From: Zygnema circumcarinatum SAG 698-1b | Taxonomy: Eukaryota; Plantae; Zygnematophyceae | Assembly (NCBI GenBank): GCA_037447605.1 | Contig: CM074804.1 | Coordinates: forward strand, 248,001 to 312,000 | Length of the DNA: 64,000 bases | Reading direction: 5' to 3' | Shown: positions 50,353 through 64,000 of the stretch, one piece after another | Position numbering within the stretch: the first letter of the stretch is position 1 | Layout of the letters: every line of letters starts with the position of its first letter | Position numbers and translations under genes: made by a program | Notes under the pieces: model-generated | The model's input: only the letters and a program-made list of their open reading frames with translations | The model's database searches: none | Told to the model about the DNA's origin: nothing

Positions 50353-53250
50353 GAAGGGAGAAGGGAGAAGCAATGGAAGATGGAGAGGGAAAGGCAGTGG
50401 GAGATGGAGATGGAGAGGGATAAAGAGAGGGAGATGCAGTGGGAGATGGAGAGGGAAAGGGAGAAGCAATGGGAGATGGAGAGGGAAAGGCAGTGGGAGA
50501 TGGAGATGGATAAAGAGAGGGAGATGCAGTGGGAGATGGAGAGGGAAAGGGAGAAGCAATGGGAGATGGAGAGGGAAAGGCAGTGGGAGATGGAGAGGGA
50601 TAAAGAGAGGGAGAGGCAGTTGGAGCTGGTGAGGGAAAGGGAGAGGCAGTGGGAGTGGGAGAGGGAGAGGCAGTAGGAGAAGGGAGAGGGAAAAGGAGTA
50701 AGAGCGGTAGTCAGCGAGAGTGAGGGAGTCGGGGGGAGAGAAAAAGAAAGAGAGGGAGAAAAAACAAGAGAGAAAACAAAAGATAGAAAGAAAGAACTAG
50801 GAGGGAAAAATAGAAAGCTTCATGAAGCAAGCGAGGACCTTTATCAGAGTCCCATTGAGTAGGGAAGCCGGCCAGATTATTTGTTGTCGTTTCCCGAGCA
50901 TCTCTTTGATGCTTTAGCGAGGTGTTGTGCCGACCCTGCTTTGCCCAGCTCTTTTGTGCGGCAATGTAAGCGTGTTCACTTGTCTCCCACGTCATCTTCT
51001 CCCTCTTCCCATTCGTCTCTCAAATCAGCAAGCATGTTGTGTAAGATAACACATGCTTCTACTCTCTCTATAACAGGTAGTAATTCTTTTTTCTTTCGAA
51101 CTTGTTGTGGTAGCAATTTTAAAGATCTTGAGATCTCTTTCTTAATAATCCCATTATTGTCTTTCATTTAAGCACCACAGCTTTTCTTGACTCTGATGGG
51201 GTTAAATTACGTATTTTAGAAAGAATAGTGTGGGGATCTTTATAATAGGTAACGTCCTTTGTAGTTAAACATAGCTGCGTCCTATATGAATCTTGTCTGC
51301 TTGAGAAGAACTTTTCATTTTGTTGAACATAGCGTAGTGCCCAAAGGCATGGGAATGCAGCGTGAACAGTGGCAGGTGGTATACCTGATAAGCTTTGCGT
51401 ATTAAGAGTGAGTATCGGCGATTTTTACTACATTAGAAATAAACTTGTCTTTCCGGCGTTGTGATAAAGGTAAAACGTCCATCCCATAAACCAACCACGA
51501 CACGGAAATCCTTACTTTTAAAAGTCTTTGATATTTAACTGTCTTACTGTGAGCATTTGTATGCATGACCCGTTCTTTTGAAAGAGATCTAAGTGCGCTT
51601 TCTGGCTAAACTTTGTGAACAAAAATGTAGTCCATACCGTCGAAAGCAATCCCGAACATCTCACGTGACTTTTGCCCATTCCGTTATGTCACAATACATA
51701 TAATCTCTTTTCTTTACATAGGCCTAGCGATAATGCAGTGAGTTTGAGGGGCGCTACTTACCGTTTTTAAAAACTTTATCTTTTTACATTAATTTTCTGA
51801 GTTGTCTGAGAATCAGGTTATCTTGATGCGAAAGGTTTGCGAAAGCTACTTTAGATCCGTATATAGCTATGGTAAAGTAAGAGATGCGAGAACTCTTCTT
51901 GAGTTTTAGGCGGTCGTGAAGATGCAGTGTACCTTGATATTAGCATGCGATCGAATAAAGAAATTGTATCTCTGCTACTTCCCTTTGAAGGCTGCGTGTT
52001 GTTCCTACGTCTTTAACACCAAAAAGGTAAAACTACGAGCCATTGATTATTGAGGCGTGTAGTGCTTTATGTGTGATTGGGCGTGGGTGGAGCGGCACTT
52101 GATGCTACGTAAAAACCGGAAGGCAAGGGAATAATGGTATTTTGAAAGTCATTAAGGAGAGGATGAGGGAAGCGATGAAAGTGGGAGAGAGAGAAGCAGT
52201 CAGGAGAGGAGAAGGAGGGAGAGGGAGAGGGAGGCGATGGGAAAGGGAGAGGGAGAAGCGATGGGGCGGGGAGAGGGAGGCGGTGGAAGAGGGGGAGGGG
52301 GGGGGAGTGGGAGAGGGAGAGGGAGAGGGAGAGGGAGTGGGAGAGAGAGAGAGGGATAAAGAGATGGAGATGTAGTGGGAGAGGGATAAAGAGAGGGAGA
52401 GGGATAAAGAGAGGAAGAGGCAGTGGGAGATGAAGAGGGAAAGGGAGAAGCAATGGGAGATGGAGAGGGAAAGGGAGTGGGAGATGGAGAGGGATAGGGA
52501 GAGGGAGATGCAGTGGGAGAGGGAGAGGGAGAGGCAGTGGGATAGGGAGAGGCAGTGGGAGAGGGAGAAGGAAAGAGATAAATTTGTGGGAGGGTGTTAG
52601 GTGGAGGGAGGCCGTGGGAAAGGAGAGTGAGAGAGAAATTTGGTACATTAATTTAGGAGTATAGCGTTAATACTTGTAATTTGGGCGTGATCTTTTTGAC
52701 TCCTGAAACTTGGAGTATGTTTAGGGTTTAAATCACTCCCACTTTGTTGTTTTACAGAGTAGAGAGTCTTTACAGGAGGGTCAAGCGGTCGAGGAAGGAA
52801 TCCGACCGTGGTTATCAGAGAAAGCGAGCCTAGAGGTCCCGATCGATGGCCCGGCGCGTGAAACGTCTGCGGGGGCCCGTATAGCCAATCCCAGCCTTGG
52901 TGGCAACCAGATGAGAAGTATTTGGAAGAGGGTCGGCTTGACGGAAGCATGAGGGAGGAAAGAAAGGGGAGACGAGGGGTCGGGTTCTGATTCAAAATTA
53001 CGACCATCGGCGTCAGTGCTCGGCGATCTACCGCCCGTTAGCGGCCTTTTTGGATTTGAGACCGTAGCGGTAGTTGAGATGCGTCAGCGCGCTGGAAATT
53101 GAATTAAATGCCAAGCGAATCACGGTGGTGATAAAAGTCCGCGATAAATCCCTTGTCATGATTACGTTGGTATGAGGCTGGTGAGACATTGGTACGAAAA
53201 CTTGAAGTATCGTCTGACTTGGTAATTGGTAATGGATTTTTAAGTCACGA
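50353..53250 (-). pseudogene. PIF/Harbinger element, copy 2, with a transposase riddled with indels
   Basis: 50976-51135 is nearly identical to 37920-38060 (SLKLLPQQVRKKKELLPVIERVEACVILHNMLADLRDEWEEGEDD). The rest aligns to copy 1 with many 1-2-bp indels. The left part is missing where it meets the foldback arm. Confidence 0.8.
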
Positions 53251-53814
53251 GACCCACTAACTGACTTGGGTATAGGAATGAAAATTGTCGAACTAAATCA
53301 GTAGGCTGGTTTCACTACTAGAAGTTTAGGGGATACAGGGACTTAAAAGCGATTACGATTACCGAAATGGTGCGAGGTTTCGTCAAACCAGCGCCCGAGC
53401 ACGTAACTTTACATTATCCGCATTATTACGATATTATATTTCATTCAAAACGCATTGTCGCTTTCACCGTCTCAGCACAAAAGCACAACAGCTATCCTCA
53501 AATCTCTGCTATTACAATTATTAGCGGCTGGGGAGGGATATGGGGCGAGGTGTGGGCGTGTGGTGGCCGCCCGTTTAAATTTACCATTCTTTTGTGAGGC
53601 CAGAAAACCACCGTTTTTGGGTGGTGATAAGTTTGCAGTGATAGAGTACATGCGATTACCAAGTCACAGGCCCGTGACCAATTTCGGACATGCGATTACA
53701 GCGTTGGCTGCATTTGGTTAAAGCGTAGCGGGTTAAACCCAAAGTAATCATTATTACCAATTTACTACGCTCCCCGATTACCAATTACCAAGGTACATGC
53801 GATTACCAAGTTTT
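53197..53814. mobile_element. ~620-bp segment bounded by ~38-bp imperfect inverted repeats at the end of Harbinger copy 2
   Basis: Left AAAACTTGAAGTATCGTCTGACTTGGTAATTGGTAAT; right CGATTACCAATTACCAAGGTACATGCGATTACCAAGTTTT; internal GATTACCA subrepeats. The left-arm motif also occurs at 40123-40160. Confidence 0.55.
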
Positions 53815-54861
53815 GTTTAAGTCACGAGACCCTGTTGGGAGACTTTTGGCGGCTTTGCAGCGACAAAGCCTTGATCTTTGTAAGCCCATATGACGGAGCG
53901 GCGGGCGAACCTCCCGTGTGACCCGAGGCGTGTCAGCGCATGTAGATTAAATGACGTTGGCGAGGAAACAGCACGGAGTCGCTGGCGTGTTTTCCGGCTC
54001 GCGTCCGAGAAGATGGACAAATGGCGGCTGCGGTGGCGAGTGCGTGGGCGATCGATCGTTGAGCTTGACAAGAAAATATGTTTGTATGGGGCGTGTCCGG
54101 CTGACGGGAAGCGATGAAGAAAGTCCTTGGGATCGCTGACGTCAATAGCAAACAAGAAAACCAAAAAACTTTTATAAAACCAGTTTTTTGTAAAATGACA
54201 AAAAAAACAAAATGCATAACTGTATATAATTCGGTTCAATGAAGTTTGAGAACAAGAACTGGAGTCCACCAGAATTTTGTTCAACACGAATCCTACACGG
54301 TACGGTATACGAAACCAGTTGAACTGTGACTTTGTGAGCAGTTGAACTTCCGGTCGTGTTCAGATTGGATTCTCTTTTTTGAATCCAAAGATCAACCATG
54401 AGATTCTGCACATCCTGTCTACAGTACTGTCGCCTTCGATTGACCATTTCGTTGACTTGGAAAATCGGCCCCTTCACATTTTTCATCGCAATCATTGCCA
54501 GTGCTCCGATCCTTATTCGGTCGAATGATTGCACCTACAGAAAATCTTGATGTCGTCCTTTGTACAAATACGTACAGTTTCTTGTCGGTTGGTGCCGAAT
54601 GACGACATGAAAGTCATCGAAAGTGCGGGAAAAACACGACAAAGTTATCGTACACATTTGTCGGCGTTCGGCACCGACAATATATACACGTCCAGGCTGG
54701 CAGGTACAGCTTCAGACCGACAACGGTAACCGCTGCTAACGATATATCTCGATTCTGGGGTCGGAGCCAACGGCCCGTCCTGCGGTCGTCTCCCTCCCTC
54801 TCTCCCTCGCCTGTCGAGACCCTCCCTGTCTCCCTCTCTCTCCCCTCTATCTCTATCTCTA

Positions 54862-54970
<109 letters not shown>

Positions 54971-55439
54971 CTCGCCCTCAATATTCGACCCACTTCCTTT
55001 CTTTCCCCTATTTCTCTCCCCATCTCTATCTTCCCCCTATTTTTCCTCTCCCACCATCTCTCCCCTCTCTTTTCCTTACATCTCCCCCTTATCTCCGTCC
55101 CTCTCCCTCGCCCTCGTTCTCTTCCCCCCCTCTCCCTTTCTCCTCACTGTCACTTCCTCGGTCTCTCCCTGTCCCATCATTGCCCCTTTTATTCCTCCGC
55201 CGCCATTTGTCTCCCACCTCTGTCTTTCAATCTCTCTGTCGCGGTCTCTCCCCCCTCAATCTTGCTTTACCGCCCTCCATCTCTCGCTCCCCCGCTCACT
55301 CTCTCTCGCTCCTCCTTTCTCACCCCACCTCTCTCTCACTCTCTCTTCGTCTCCTCTTCTCTCACTCCCTCTCATCCTTTCCTATCTCTCCCCCCTCTCT
55401 CTCCTTCTTCTTCCCCCGTGTGTGGTGTGTGGCGGAAAT

Positions 55440-64000
<8,561 letters not shown>

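Noticed and set aside
54172-54729. 120-aa and 66-aa ORFs next to Harbinger copy 2, considered as the Myb/SANT partner gene
   Set aside because: No Trp-spaced Myb/SANT pattern or any other motif I recognise.

Overview
Eukaryotic, intron-rich nuclear DNA with very abundant GA/CT tracts, four 10-N gaps and one 100-N gap. The gene mix (algal CO2-concentrating-mechanism genes LCIB and a Tat-targeted CAH3-type carbonic anhydrase, plus plant-type PDAT, LCAT4, TBL-like esterases and a one-LRR-per-exon receptor) suggests a streptophyte (charophyte) green alga; this is inference. I built gene models by hand from splice signals and checked that exon phases join. Genes in order: LCAT4-like 5' end (-); a ~2070-aa type II membrane protein with two TBL/PC-esterase SGNH domains, the first with intact GDS/DxxH and the second with both catalytic residues replaced (+); an LCIB/LCIC-family beta-CA-like protein with an extra transmembrane segment (-); NDUFA9 with a probable GC-AG intron (-); a thylakoid-lumen alpha-CA (-); PDAT, whose 5' half is lost at a scaffold gap (-); an SGNH/NXPE-like O-acyltransferase or esterase (+); and an LRR receptor running off the window end (+). 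Mobile and repeat content: two related PIF/Harbinger copies, a ~4.5-kb foldback-type inverted repeat with a 244-bp hairpin in one arm only, small MITEs, a 2.9-kb almost pure (GA)n, a GGCCACAA minisatellite and a short TTTTTAGGG telomere-like array. I found no rRNA, tRNA or CRISPR array. Family assignments rest on motifs I recognise from memory; no database search was run.
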